DNA of 64,000 nucleotides, taken from contig NC_037594.1 in assembly GCF_003073045.1 (NCBI RefSeq), positions 13,173,353 through 13,237,352 on the forward strand, written 5' to 3'. How positions within the stretch are numbered: the first letter of the stretch is position 1; each line of letters opens with the position of its first letter. A program made the position numbers and the translations under genes. The notes below the pieces were generated by a model, which saw only the letters and a program-made list of their open reading frames with translations, ran no database searches and was not told where the DNA came from. The DNA is from Pomacea canaliculata. Taxonomy: Eukaryota. This document shows, piece after piece, positions 26,192-39,794 of the stretch.

Positions 26192-26724
26192 CAGTCGAAC
26201 TTCTATAAGTCGAAGCTTCAAGGAACCTATGAAAAAAGTCGAGTTAAGGAAGTACGTCGAAAAAAGAACATTTTTTTCACCGTGGAATTATCTTTATTGC
26301 TATGTCATTGCTACATGTGCTCACGCATCATTGTTCCCAGCTATCAAGTCTGTAATGAACGTCTGACAACAATTTCTCTTCATTTTCTTTAAAATAAACG
26401 ATCGACGATAGCGAGTACAAAAATGTTCATGGGCACATCTTCCAGCGACTCGATCAACGAACAAATGTCATTCAGCATGGTTCCTGCCTCCTTCAGGGTC
26501 GGAAGGAGTAAATGATTTTACACTTTTCGACGTATTTTCAAACGGTTTCAACCTGCTGACCGGCTTAAAATTATTCCATTTGTGAAAGTTTTTGGCTGGG
26601 GCGAGTCGAGCTACGGAAGTTGAATATGCATTGCTTTAATGGAAAACCAACCAACTGATGTTTAAAATTCAAGTTAGGAAGAATTTCGCCTTACGGAAGG
26701 TCGACTGTCCCAGAAGTTCGACTG
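26192..26724. mobile_element. MITE of about 530 bp with TIR CAGTCGAACTTCT… (Tc1/pogo-like terminus), degraded.
   Basis: 26192 cagtcgaacttctataagtcgaagcttcaagg vs 26724 reverse complement cagtcgaacttctgggacagtcgaccttccgtaagg. Confidence 0.45.
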
Positions 26725-27370
26725 AATATTAAAAATAAATAGATAAAATAATTAACAATGAACTGGCAAGCTGATCATAGGTTAAGTATGTCTCACTGTC
26801 TGGTGGTTTGCACATTCGTTTTGGGCGGTAAGGTAGGATGGCGAGAGTTGTAGGTGTCGAGGACGTGTGACTGTGACTTGGCTGGGAACTATAATATGCT
26901 GGATAGCAGCGCTGTTTCACGCTTCAGTGAAATGCCTGGGAACGTCAGGTTTGCCCAGGCTTAATTAGAACCCATTTCATACTTAGGTCACCTCACTGAC
27001 CCTGGCAAAACAACTCATGTCCTTACTACTAAAGTGCAGCGGAGCCGCGGATCTGTCATTTGCCAGATGGCATATGGAGGCCTGACGAGATGGGGGAGGA
27101 GGGGACAGATGGGTCTGGTGTACTCAGGCCCGTGGCTGTGATGGGGGTCCGGCCTTGGTCTGTGGATTTTTTCCTTCTTCTTTTTCTTTACTTTTTCTTT
27201 TAAAGAAAAGTTGATGTAATATTCCTCGATCTGTATGTTGGTTTTTTTTTTCTATAGAGCGGAGCACTATACAGGTTTAATCCTTTAATCAGTTTACTGT
27301 CACTTTTCTTCATTTGCTAACCACTTACGTGTAAACGACTCTATGTTCAAGTACTAATATTTACAGTCTA

Positions 27371-27683
27371 TTCAATTCAATTCAATACAACTTTATTCAT
27401 CCACAAGGGCAATTAGAGGTATGATGACACGCCAGCACACTAGAGGGAAGAATTATGTGAGAGATGAAAGGGAATAGATTCTGGCGACATACACACACAC
27501 ATGTGCACACACACCCACTCATATAGTAACACAGCAACAGGAGGTTCAGTGGTCTATATTACGCTACTGAATGAAATGTAGATATTGACAGTCGAATTGT
27601 AAGCATATTATTTATATTATATTTTACCACGTCTTTTAATTTCTCCTAGTGAGATAATAAAGTTAAATTGAATTGAATTGAAT
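27371..27683. mobile_element. MITE-like element (~313 bp) with ~50-bp terminal inverted repeats (ttcaattcaattcaaT[a/t]caactttatt…).
   Basis: Left end ttcaattcaattcaatacaactttattcatccac; right end …gtgagataataaagttaaattgaattgaattgaa (its reverse complement). Confidence 0.6.
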
Positions 27684-28559
27684 ATACTGAGAAAATAATT
27701 TACAGTTACAAGGGGCCCGGAGAGATCGTCTACCGCACTCTATACCCCGAGACCCATATGCTGGTTCTCATCGCAGTACGTGGCATTACGAACTTGTATT
27801 ACACATCCATGATGGCGTTGACGCGCCCTTTGACTAGCGCATGTCAAAACATCTATTTTCACGCTCCCACCATGGACGTGCTCCTATCTTCTATCTAGAG
27901 TTGATTTATCTGTTCGGAGCTTATATATACGTGAACCCGAACTTGCACACCGGTCGACATCCTGATATCTGTCTGGTTTAATCCTTTACAAATGTTTTGA
28001 GAGTCTGGCTTATATTGTGAAGCACTCTAGTAGTGTACAAAGTAGAATGTCTTTGTTGCGACAAAGTAGAATATGTCTTTGTTGCGAGGGAGGTCTAGAA
28101 TGTTCGAGGGTAAGGAAACAAAGTAGCGGGGGTTGACAGTGGTGTGAACCTTTGTGAATTTGGAAGAGAGAGAGAAGTTAGGCCAGCCGCTGGGCGAAAC
28201 TGAATTAAAAATTTCAGTGTGGAAATTCGATCTATTCTTTGTGTTGTTTCTGGTACGACTATAGCCCACCCACGTAGCCACCAGAGACTGACGTGTTGGT
28301 TATAATTGTTTGGGAAGTAGACAGCTTGCTCTGTGCTGAGGTACCTAAAATTTGCACCTATATAACTGTTAAACATATATAGACAACAATATAAACACCC
28401 AAAACTTGCCTACCATCAACCCTAGCTGCATATATCCTCATCTAGTTTAAATACTCCATTTCAAGCTCTTTCAAATATTAACAAATGACATATCAGTCAA
28501 CACGCTTCAAATCTGTTAGTGGTTCTACAATATTGTTGATTCAGTGTGTCCGAGAAATA

Positions 28560-28738
28560 CGATCGCCTTGGAACTAGAAGCAGTAAAAGACTTTGATGCG
28601 ATAACAGCAGACGCTAGCTACCTTCTCCATATCTCAGTCATGTGACGTGTCGATCAGCCAATGGAAACTTGTTGAAGGTGCTGCGATTAGACTGGCAACA
28701 AAAAGGGCGGGTAACTGATACACACAGGGCTGAGCTGC
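28560..28738 (+). promoter_or_regulatory. Putative promoter of the SIM/UIM gene: CCAAT box (cagccaatgg), GC box (gggcggg), TGACGTG element.
   Basis: Motifs lie within 150 bp upstream of the first ATG at 28739, where the long ORF begins. Confidence 0.35.
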
Positions 28739-29095
28739 ATGTTTCACGAGATAAATGATGAAAACCTCAATGCTTGTTTGCTGTTAATTATGTCAGGAAT
28801 AATAATTGTGTCATCTGATAGTAGTTCTCTCGAAGATGACGAAACATTCATTGCGTCATGTGCATCTGACAGCGGAAGGCAGTTTGACTGTTCGGGAATA
28901 TCCAGAGTTTGTCAAAAATTACTCAGGAAGAGGATCTCAAGAGATTCGCGTGAGTGCCATGACATGCAGGAAACAGAAACATTGAAAACTAGAGCCACTA
29001 TGTGCTCTGGTGATGATAATGACTTCGACCTACAGAGGGCAATAGAGGAAAGTCTGCAGGAGAAGACATTAACTTCACGAGGAAGAAACCATTCA
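28739..29095 (+). CDS. SIM/UIM protein, exon 1: SUMO-interacting motif IIIVSSDSSSLEDDE and ubiquitin-interacting motif DNDFDLQRAIEESLQE. This N-terminal architecture is like RAP80/UIMC1.
   Basis: Hydrophobic tetrad followed by a Ser/acidic run is a SIM. e-x-x-L-x-x-A-I-x-x-S-L-x-E is the UIM consensus. Consensus donor TCA|gtgagt at 29096, phase 0. Confidence 0.55.
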
Positions 29096-30164
29096 GTGAG
29101 TTCAAAGCCAATCGTCCAATCTGAAATGTGCACGTTAACGTAACAGCCAAACCGTTATTGGACAGAATCTAATCAGCACGAGAACAACATCAGACATAAA
29201 TATTTGTAAAAAATAATAGTTAAATATTTTTATTTGATAATTAATTTAAAGTAATTTAATTTTCATAATTAAATAGTAGGATAGAGGTCATTTAAAGGCC
29301 ATTGAGTTTACAGGTATAAACCTGCTTGTACACAGTATACACCAGTAAATTTACAATAGCCCGGCAGGTATCGAAGAGGTACCGTCTGTCAAATTAAAAC
29401 TGCATGCAATGAATGCATACTGTTTATACGGAAAGGTAAAAGTAAATATTAAAAAGCAAGAATTTCTAATGAAATTTTATTGTGTACAATCAATTTTAGA
29501 ACTTAAGTACTATGGTAAAGACATGAATTTCCACCAAATTGAACAAACTATGCAATGTGTGTATGGAATTATATTGATCCTTTATCTAGCCTGTTTTATA
29601 CATAATAGCACAAGAAAATATAAACATAAAATTACATCACATTTGTTTTCAATAAAAATGATGTTACTTGGAAAGTATATTAAATGATAAAGCCAACATT
29701 TATTCCAACATGACCACCACCCTCCTTTTTTTAAAAAAAGCCAAAAAATAAATTAAAAAAAATAAAGCATGTAATACTTAGATTTAAAGGAATAACACTG
29801 AACTATTCTATGCATTTCCATGCCTTCCTTTCATATTTTTTACATTGATGTAGATTTTAATGCATTTGTTAGTTCTTTAGAATCACCTGCACTAAGTTAA
29901 AGATCAGTAACCCTATAGCTCAGTGCAAACATTTGGGCATGTGTACATCAATTGTGTTGGTTTGTGTGGTATAAGTTTCAAGGTGGTGGTAAGAGAATAA
30001 ATAAGTAGTGGTGTGACTTTATGTAATTATAGTGCATAAAGTGTTATTATACCTTAAAGTTACATGATTAATATATTTAAATTCTCTACTGGTTTTACTT
30101 TAAACTTAAACAGATATTTTTAGCATTAATTTTGTTACCACAACTGACTGTATTTACTCCACAG

Positions 30165-31887
30165 ACATTTACCAAGGATTCTAAAAGGCATGGAAGATCT
30201 AGCCGGAAAAGAAATGATAGACAGCAGAAGAGTACATGGTGTAAAAAACGAAAAGAACGTGAAGAACAGCTTTGGCTTCCTGAGACAGTTCGGCATTTTA
30301 AAAGAGGTTCACCAAGTTCTCCTATCACGATCTCTTCTGAAGAAGAAGATTTTGACTTGCCTGAACTGGGGTCAGATGGTGATAAAAATGTCAGTCACAC
30401 AGCCACTACACATTGTAAAGTAAAATCATGTGCAATGGAAACTGATGATATTCATAAAGGAAAAGACAGGCATTTTATGGATACATTATCATCTCTATCA
30501 TTGCAAAATAGTGAAAATGAGCAGAGCCAAAGTGTAAAGACTGAAATTAGGTCTCACCCAAAACTGCAACAAAGGAAAGACAGAATTAGTTCAGAAATTC
30601 AAGCTGGATCATCACCGGTTCATGTGGAAACAATCATTGCTCCAAGTTTTGATATAGAAAATCAAAGTGTGGACAGGAGAGCCGACAAACAAGTTAAAAA
30701 TGGAAGGGTCAAATTTCTTTTAGGACACCCAGCCTTACAAACAGAAGTAAACAGTCTTAATAACAGATTTTCACACCTTCAGGTTTCTATGATAGAATGT
30801 GCATCTGAAGATCAAGGAGACAGTATCTTCTTTTCACAAATTCTGGAGTTACTTGAGAATTTTTCTCACACTCACAAACCTCCATCAGCACTTGTTGAAA
30901 ACGTCATCAGATGTGGACTGTTAGATGTTCAGCATGAGGAACTAGCCTTTCGAAGTTATTGGTCTGTGTTAGCAATATGGCATCACTATCCAGACCTTGT
31001 TTTGTTAGACTGGACTGCACTACAAACAGCAGGGGATGTGTTGAAAAAAGGTCTGCAGGCAAGAAGTGCCCATTTTGCAAAGAAATCTGTTAACACCTCA
31101 GAGTGTAACAATAACACCAGAACTGAAAGTAACTCAAAAGAACCAACATTTCATCAGGCAGCATTATTTCTGCAGCTAATGCTACAAGGACTAAGGATTA
31201 ATCTTAAAAACTGCAAACTCCCAGATCAAAGCAGTGTGCGAAAATCTCTGGCTTTTAAGAGCCTGTCTGTAGAACAGACGGCTACCTTCAGGCACATCAT
31301 CCACTGGTTGGAATGTTGCCTGGTCACTACAGAACATCTCGATAGTCAGTCTGTAAGCACAGACACAGATATCAAGCAGAAAACAAAGGATAGCCAGTGT
31401 GACAAGGATAGAAACAGGTTGGTTTTAGGTCACCAGGAAGTATGTCCCTGGCTTCTAGAAAGTTTGCAGAATTTACTTTCTCTTATTGTATTTGTCAGTG
31501 AAGACAGGCATGCGACTGCTAGGAAGCTGTCCTCTGACCTGGTCAGGACATATATATACCTGCCCAGCATGCAGGCAAAGAAGCAGCTATTGCAGACTCT
31601 TTCATCACCTCTTCTGTGTTTTTATTTGGTGTGTCTTGTGCTGGAGAACCACTGCTCTAATGCCATCAGAATGAACTCCAGATTTCCAGAATCGTTGAAT
31701 GAGTTGACAAATTGCTACTTTTATGCCTCGCCACCAAAGAGTCCAGTGACACCACCACCATCTCCATCTGATGAAGATGATAACATCGAGGAAGGATCGA
31801 CACATCATCAGTATTCTGCACAGAGCTGTGAGGAGCTGGCAATGCTGATTTTTTTTGTCACCAAAAGCTTTATTGCTTGTCGACAGA
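30165..31887 (+). CDS. SIM/UIM protein, exon 2 (574 codons): basic NLS-like stretch (RKRNDRQQKSTWCKKRKEREEQ), second SIM (ITISSEEEDFDLPEL), long helical domain. Possibly an Nse6-like domain as in SLF2/SIMC1.
   Basis: Acceptor ccacag| at 30163-30164 in phase 0, matching exon 1. Open for 1723 nt, then consensus donor A|gtaagt at 31888. The first Met of the 626-aa ORF at 30132 lies upstream of the acceptor and is probably not used. Confidence 0.55.
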
Positions 31888-32994
31888 GTAAGTTGCAAAC
31901 TTCTTGTTTGATAAATTGTTTTGTAATTATACAGCTCTGTGTTTGTGTTTGTTGTGCATGTGAAGGTAGACATGAAAGTATATATGGTCCATGTGTGCGG
32001 CACTCATTGTAATAAGCCGAGTCAATGATACCATTATATTACCATAAGTTATGTGACTTGCAGTTCAGAATTATTTCTTAAACAAACCAAGCAGGTTAGA
32101 ATAAAACAAAAGTTATAAGGTAGAGTTCTGCACCAAACTTGCTCTAACACAACATGGTGTCTGAATAAATGCATTCTGTGACCTAGTCTTCAAAAACTGA
32201 TGGTATAATGCTGCTCCCTCTTTTGAATGCTTACCAGAATGCATATTTTTCAACATATTTGTTCACCAAGTTAGTCACTTTTAATTATTTAAAAGACTGT
32301 CATCTGCTGATCAACGGCTAACAATCTGACTAAAACCTTTCTCACTATGTGTGCAATTTCCATTTTTCTTTAAAGGATTCTTGTGATAAATGCAATTTTT
32401 TAAAAATTGTGCTCAAATCTGAAACAAAACCGACAAACTTTCATTTATCCAGCAGAATGTATCTGTCTTGACCTGCCCTATGTCTTCCGCTTCAGCTGGT
32501 GCTGTGCACATACAGTTGGTCAGAAACTGACAATTGGGACTAGTGACATAATCATGGACTAGTTGATGCAATGATACATTTTAGGTGTGGTAAGGGTGAG
32601 AGCTGGGTTTGCCAACTTTGAGAGCATTGATGGAAATCTGTTCTACCACGGACTTGTATAGGGGGATTGCTGTCTGTCTGCCAAGACCAACGCTTAGCCT
32701 CATGCGAAGTTTTTGCTGTTAGTCTTGGCGAGCCTTAACAATGAATGTAGCTAAACCGGAAGCTTTGTACAAACCTGGCTCGTTTTAGTAGTTATTTGGA
32801 ATAAATCATCTGCCAGCAGTCCAGTAATACAAGTTCGTGGTTTTTCCTTAACAGATAGCAAGAGGATGGTAAGGTAATGTCTGTTTGGGCTGTATATGCA
32901 TCTTCCAACCTAGACTTGGAACACTGTTGGCATGTGTCTTAGTTTTCTGCATGGTAATTTATGATTTTTTTCTACGTGGTAATTTATGGTAAGG

Positions 32995-33218
32995 TGACCA
33001 GACGTCCCGCTTTAGGCGGGACAGTCCTGCTTTTGACCTCTTGTCCCGCCTGAATATCGGGCGGGACGCCCAATGTCCCGCTTTCTGGCTTTCTGGCAAG
33101 TCCATCAAATGTCCCGGTTGTCTGTAAAAATCACTATTTTCGGCGTTTTTTGACGGTGACGACACCATCATCGGCACGTGTCCCGCTTTCGCCCCCGAAA
33201 CGTCTGGTCACCTTATTT
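32995..33218. mobile_element. MITE (~224 bp) with TIR AAGGTGACCAGACGT…, internal GTCCCGC(TTT) repeats, 9-bp TSD ATTTATGGT.
   Basis: Left tttatggt|aaggtgaccagacgtcccgc…, right …acgtctggtcacctt|atttatggt. Four internal gtcccgc copies. Confidence 0.55.
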
Positions 33219-33449
33219 ATGGTGAAAACAGATGTGATATTTAGGGTAAACTCATGCATCATAGTATTGTGCTATCAATATTGACTATTTGGGATGATCT
33301 TCGTTCCAATTAATGATGGGAATCCATGATGTGCTAAATGCTTTTAAGCACAAAAGGAAAATCAAGACATTGAATATATCATGATTTGGGATAAATTATA
33401 CAAAGTCCACTAAAATTATATAATTAAGAAATTTGTTTTCCCTAATACA

Positions 33450-33659
33450 GAGCGAGAACAAGCAAGAACAAGCGAAAGAACACGAAGACAGCAGATCCTT
33501 TTAGGACCTGAGATACCATCACTGAGTTCTTCTGAAAGAGAGCATGTGCAGGAGGCAACAAGCGAGTTCAAGCAACATCTGCAAGAACTGGTACCAGAGC
33601 TAAGCATGGGTACTCAGATCTATCTCCATTTAATAAAAGCTCTGGCCACAGCTATGTAA
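33450..33659 (+). CDS. SIM/UIM protein, terminal exon (KREQARTSERTRRQQILLGPEIPSLSSSEREHVQEATSEFKQHLQELVPELSMGTQIYLHLIKALATAM*).
   Basis: Acceptor atacag| at 33447-33449 takes the 1-nt carry from exon 2. 70 codons open, then TAA at 33657-33659. Confidence 0.4.
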   Translation, partial: EREQARTSERTRRQQILLGPEIPSLSSSEREHVQEATSEFKQHLQELVPELSMGTQIYLHLIKALATAM

Positions 33660-36602
33660 ACGTTTTTAGCATCATCATTTTTGTTCTGTCCCATCATTGA
33701 ATAGTCCTAGCTCAGCTTGACTTTGTATATAATGCTCTGTGATCAAGGGTGGTCATTACGATGGCATATCAGTTTAAATGGAGGATGGCACAACTATTTT
33801 TTTTTTAGAGAATGTTATTCTTTCTTTGATTGGTTAGTGTTTGAGACTGCTGATTATTCACATTGTTTTGAATTTTCAATTATTTAAGAATTTATCAGTC
33901 CAGCTAGAAGCAATTTCATCTCCTTAGATATAATTTTACCAGTAATTTTACATCCATCCCTTGAACATTTGCATTCTGTTTTGAAGATGCATTGTTGGGC
34001 ATTATCATATATTTCTTCTCTGACTAGGGACACATGCATTGTTCCACTAGCTAAATGCTAATGCTTAGCGGTCAGCCAAAATTACTAAATATGAACGCTA
34101 GGTGTTAGTATCCATCTAGAATGACCGTACACCTGGTTTTAACTTTCTGTCCAAATAACTATTCCAAAGTTAGTACACATGTACTGGCGATTTTAGATGT
34201 GAACAAATTCCAAACCTTGCATGTTGATAACATCCTTTTTTATTTTCTTATTTTCTTGTTTTCCTTCCCCACACCATCGCCTGAAAGTGGAGGCAGGCTA
34301 GATCTTTTCTGCAATACTGCAATACCCTAAAAATACCAAACAGAAAATTTAATTTAACGTCTGATATGTGCTGACCATACACATGTTGCCGGCCTGCACC
34401 TGCTCAGTTTAGTTTGGAATAGTAAAGCTGGGATCATGGTGCTGCATGCAGTTTGTTATATAGAATTATGGAATGAAGAATTTAACTTGTTTCTATTTGC
34501 TAGAGTGTGCAAGAAGTAAAAGAGTCACTCCCTGTAACAAGTGTCTTGGTTTTAAATTAAACAGCAGCAGAGATGACAAAAAACAGCTTGAACTTGGAAG
34601 CACAAGTAGTGAATACCTATGTGTCAGCTTTCTTATATCTGTGTAGAATTTGCAGTTTCCTCCATGACCCTTTGCAGTAGTAGGTATGTATCTTCAAGTG
34701 TACAAGGGGACAGAAGAGAACCAGTTAAACGCTTGATAGAAACAAAGCTTTAGAACTTGTCTTGATGGCTGTATAAGGGCATTGTGTAAAACATGTAATC
34801 ATGATTAGTCTTTGAAGATAAGACAATGAATATTAAATGGTAGTGTTGTTGTTTTTTAATCTACTTCAAAGCAGACTTGTAGTAGTACGTTGCACTCATC
34901 TACACATTGAAAGTTTTATTTTTTTTGCAAAGTATTGGGAAGGATGGCTAGTTACTAAAATCAAATTAGTAAGCTCGTTAAACTGAAGCCGTGTGGTCCG
35001 GACAGAGTAGAGAAGAGTGCAACATATAGCTCACTATGAAAAATTAATGTTTGGATTTTTCTCTCTGCAATAAAATGAAACAAAATAAATTAATTCAAAA
35101 GCATACCTTTAATTAGGTTTCATATGTTGTATAAAGGAATGGCATGTGCATTAAAATTGATCTAAGCTTTTATTTATTGGAGACACTTTTATATGAAAAG
35201 TGCATTTCCTTCATTAAAAATCTTTTTCATGACATTTCCATTCATTTTTGTGAAATTTATGGCCAGCTACAGTCTTAAAGAATGTTTGTGTAGAGGTTAA
35301 TATTTAAAAATATGCTTTCAAATTAGTATTTAGAATATTTAAAAGTTGGAAATAACATTTATTTTCAGACAGCAGCATTTTCTCTTTGTGGTTATGCATC
35401 ATTTTAAATATTAATGGTATGAAATAAATAGTCTTTCTCGCATTACTTAGTAGTAATGAAAAACCAGTGAGTCTTGTATTAGCCATGGCAAAGATATTTG
35501 CTAAAGGGACTATCAACATTTGATAAGTTTTTTTTTCCAACTACTTTCCTGTTGCCTAAAAAGACACTACTTTTTAAAACTACAGTTATCATTAATTGAA
35601 ATTTGTGGTTTCCTTTTCTTGTCAAATGTCACCATTTCTATGGGGCCTGTTTTGGCATTGGCCATTGTTTCTTATATATTTTGTTACCTGTGATGCTCAA
35701 ATGTCTACATGTCATGAGCAATTTTTCATCATTCCCTTTAATATTCCGATGGCTCATTGTTATTTATGCATCCACAAAACTGGTACTTCATGTTTATTTG
35801 CAATGAATTATTTTTTAACTTGTCATCATCACTTAAATATAGAAGATTCAATGAATTGTTTTTCTGTTTTCTCTATAAATCCTTAGTTAAGAGAACTACT
35901 ACATTGGAGTAAACATACCACTGTTTCAGACTTGGCTTTCTGTGAGTTCATTTATTTCCAAACAGTACTAGTATTTTTATTATGGAACAAAACTTAAAAA
36001 CATTATCACTGCATGTGAAACAATAGCAGCAAAATTCTATCATATATTATTAGTTGTTGTGATTGTTATCTGTGGTAAAACTAATCTGATCACAGGACAT
36101 AGGATCAATGACAATGTACCCTGCAGCTGCATTAATTTTAGATACATTTTTTTTTCCTTGATGCACATGGTATTGGTTGCAGTGGACCTCCAGGTCGTGC
36201 TCATCGGGCATCTATTTAAATTGCACCCACGATTTTAATTATTGAACAGTTTCGAACTTCACTCTCATGACATTTTCTCCAGACCGAACAGAAGGAAGCA
36301 ACAAAAAGACGTCGTTTGGACCTGTACGTATTGTAGATGCCAAGTTTAAGCGTGAGCTGCATGATTTGCATAAATAGCGGGAGATACCTCCACTTCATTA
36401 TGACCTCGTCATACGAGTGAACTATATACATGTACGAGTAAATCGAAACACTAGCCCAAAATTCGTGGAAATTTTCTTAGCGGAAATCCGATATACGAAC
36501 TCAATCGTGTCATTTATGTCTAATTATCGTAATTAAAGCGCTTAATTTTGGCAGCTATTTTTGCTCTGATGGTACGCCACCTGTACTAATTTGGCTAAAA
36601 CG

Positions 36603-36682
36603 CATCAAACACGCAAGATTCGAACAAGTTTGGGCCAATGTTTTTAGCTTGGTTCAAGCTTGGCCGAATCTTGCGTGTTTGC
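36603..36682. repeat. Long imperfect palindrome / hairpin: arms caaacacgcaagattcg and ggccaa…, separated by about 40 nt.
   Basis: 36606-36622 caaacacgcaagattcg; 36666-36682 cgaatcttgcgtgtttg (exact reverse complement); inner ttgggccaa / ttggccgaa. Confidence 0.6.
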
Positions 36683-37296
36683 TGGGAAATTATTATAGCG
36701 CTTCGAAGGTAATTGAGATCGAGGTAGCCAAAACAGGCAAAAACAATTTTAAGAGATGAATAAAGATATATAAGTAGCATCACGAACTACTGTCCGTGCA
36801 TGGTAGCATTCAAGTTTAGGTTAAGTTGAAAAGTTAGGAAAAGTTAAAAAAAAATAATAATAAAAAATTAAAAAGTAGTCTTAGCGAAAATCTAAATATG
36901 TTTCAAGTTAAAGACAATCCAAATAATGCTGTCTCATCAGCTGATTCATTCAGCGCCCGTCTGCTCTCCGGCTCCCTCCCTGTGTCCGCCTGCCCGTCTT
37001 CCTATACAGATCCTCGATCTATTAATCCTCTTTCTGTCTTCTATATATATGTTTGTCTTTTATTTCTTGTCTGCAAGAATTGTTTATCCTTCGGTCCGTC
37101 TTTTGTATGCTGGCCATGTCTCGTTCTTGTCTCAAGCGCTGAGATCACGCTTCATAATGAGCGTGATAGTGCGTTATATAATTACACACGTTTATTAATT
37201 ATTATTACAAGTATTTTTTTTTAAAGTCGCAAAAGTAATCATGTGATTGATCATGTGCTCATGTGCTCATGCGTTCCCCTACCACTTTTGTCGAAA

Positions 37297-37330
37297 ATGG
37301 CCGACGATGACGCGGAAGGAGTCTCGGCAG
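37297..37330 (+). CDS. Candidate first coding exon (MADDDAEGVSA + 1 nt), possibly the WFS1 5' exon, with GC-rich promoter-like sequence upstream.
   Basis: ATG followed by consensus donor CAG|gtaagc. The 1-nt carry (G) fits the 47137 acceptor (G+AG=GAG). No orthology signal possible for such a short exon. Confidence 0.2.
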
Positions 37331-38591
37331 GTAAGCAAACTCTACACTGGTAAAGTATTATATCAAAGTAAAAATAACATTTAACCTCATTTTCATTAAA
37401 ATAGATAAGAGTCTTGACACAACAGCCTTACAGCACAGATGTATATTTCTGTGCTTATGTAGTAATAGATGCAACTTTTTAATTTGTGTACGAAAGTCTA
37501 GTCATATAGTAAATTAAAGGCAGTGCGTTAAATACTAAAATATATTGAAAGATTGCTTGTGATAAGTATCAACGTGCTTACAGTTTTCATCTTACAGGAG
37601 ACCCACTGCAACGAATGTTAAACTCAAGTATTTTTGTAATTTATTTCGTATATATTTTGGTTTTGAATTTGAGTTAATCCATTGTTTTCGTTTGTCGTCA
37701 TTGTTTTTGTTTTTTTTCGGTTTCGTCTGCTAGCAGGCCGATCGTCATTTTGCGCTATACGCTCGCAAAATTGTATATTGGTCTCAGTATCTGTCATCGT
37801 AAACATGCCAGGTTACGCTGGTTTTAACTGTTTCAATAAAACCGGAAAACAGACTCCGTCAGGCCAAAGAATATTTTAAATCGTATTTTGTGTCTGTTAT
37901 CAGGTATCTTACATAAGCGCATATATATATACACACAGGTAGTCCTCGACTTACGACGGGGATCCGTTCTTAACGCGGCGTCGTAAACCGAATTTCGACG
38001 TAAGTCGGATCATACGTTCATACAGTACTCGTCTGTACCATAATAACAGTACAGTACTGCAAACACTTCCCCAGCAGCAAAGGAATATTGGCTACAGGTG
38101 GGGGACATGTCTTGAGTATCCGGGGGCCATGTGGCAAAATGGCGTCCGACCCATAGCGAAAGTGAAACCGGGCCGTAACAACGGGGTCATGTCGGTTTTA
38201 CCTGTGAAACAAGCGTGGGACGCTTCTCTCCCCCTTGTGACCGCTAGTCAACCCTGATGGCTCATGGGTACGTCCCATCTTTTTTTTTTATATATCCCAC
38301 TATTTATATCTTCAGATTATTGGTATTTTTAGGATTTCGGCATATCCTGATTACATATTTCTAAATCAAGACATGCCAAAATTCCTAAAAAATACCAATA
38401 TCAAATGGATTAATAATTTGTGTATTTTGCAATAATTATATATATATAACAAGCAGCAAAAGAGTGCACAAAAGTGCAAAATGTTATAAAAAAACAAACA
38501 AACATGATTTGTTATTTATTGGCGTTTATTGAGGTAAAAATAGGATAAAAAAGCAAACTAAAAAATTTTTTTTAATATAAAATTTTTTTTA

Positions 38592-38885
38592 AAGCATTGT
38601 CTCATTTGTATACATAAACAATTTATCATTTATCAAGGTTAAAAATATTATCACAAATAAGGATAAAAAGCAAACTAATAAAAAAATAATGTTAAAAATA
38701 TACAATTTTTTTTAAGCATTGTCTCATTTGTATACATAAACAATTTATCATTTATCAAGGTAAAATGTTATCATAATAAGGATAAAAAGCAAACTGATAA
38801 AAAAAAAATAATTTTAAAAATATATAAAATTTTTTTTAAAGCATTGTCTGTTTGCATACATAAAAGATGTTTCCTCTTGATATAT
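38592..38885. repeat. AT-rich tandem repeat, ~120-bp unit x about 2.5 (aaagcattgtctcatttgtatacataaacaatttatcatttatcaagg…), inside the 5.9-kb element.
   Basis: Units start at about 38592, 38716 and 38838. Confidence 0.65.
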
Positions 38886-39794
38886 TAATGCAACATTCGT
38901 TATTTAATTATAAGTTGTAGAACGATGCAAAACCATGTATCCATTGACAAAACAATTAAAATTAAATTGCAGTTTCCTTAACACTAATTACATTTCCCAA
39001 AGAAAAGGTTCAAAGATCTATGACAATATATCAAATGATAAGTATGAACTGAATTGCTGTCAAAAAAGAGTGATGCTTTAATAGACATTTCTAAAAATAA
39101 ATCAAAGTCATGAAATTAACTATAAAAGGTTCTAGGTTGGATTGCAGCTTATGTATTAACTACAATCTTTTAAAACAGATTAAAATTTTAAATTGCACCT
39201 TTATCACTAAGAAAAGGAAACCATCAAACACATGTTTGAAACACAATTATGTTCAAGAATTTTAGAAGGTATTAGAAAAGAACTGTAAACATATAAATGA
39301 TTCTGAATTTACCACAACACATCTCTTATTGGATCGGGTGAAAATATCCTCATTGATAAATTAATGGGTTAGAGTAAATAATAATCACAGCACAGTTTTA
39401 TATAATTATATAAATCCAGATTTAGTATATGCAGGTTTATGTACAAGAATTTTACAACTGTAGGTAGAAAGTTGCACAGCTTTACTTGTCCTCCACCCCA
39501 GAACAATTAACTGACGTATAGGCTGTGCTCAACCTTTCCCTTCTGCCATTCTCTTGATCCCTAGCACCAGCTAACCAAGTGATGCATGCAAGTCAGCATC
39601 CGTAGCTTCAGGATAACTTTTTCTTGCGCATCTAAAAATAGAACAAATATAAGAATATGAGGTCTGCATAAAAAAGTAATCACTTAATTGTAGGTTACTG
39701 ACCCTAAAATCCAGAATATAATGTGAAACAAAAAGAGGTACAAGCAAATTATACTGATATGTAAAGTGGCATGGGGGGGGGGGGAATTGGTGTT

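Noticed and set aside
30132-32012. 626-aa ORF taken as a single-exon gene starting at Met 30132.
   Set aside because: The first 11 codons lie upstream of a strong acceptor (ccacag| at 30163-30164) whose phase matches the exon-1 donor at 29096. The end of the ORF runs past a GTAAGT donor at 31888 into intron. The antisense ORF 31605-32003 is spurious.
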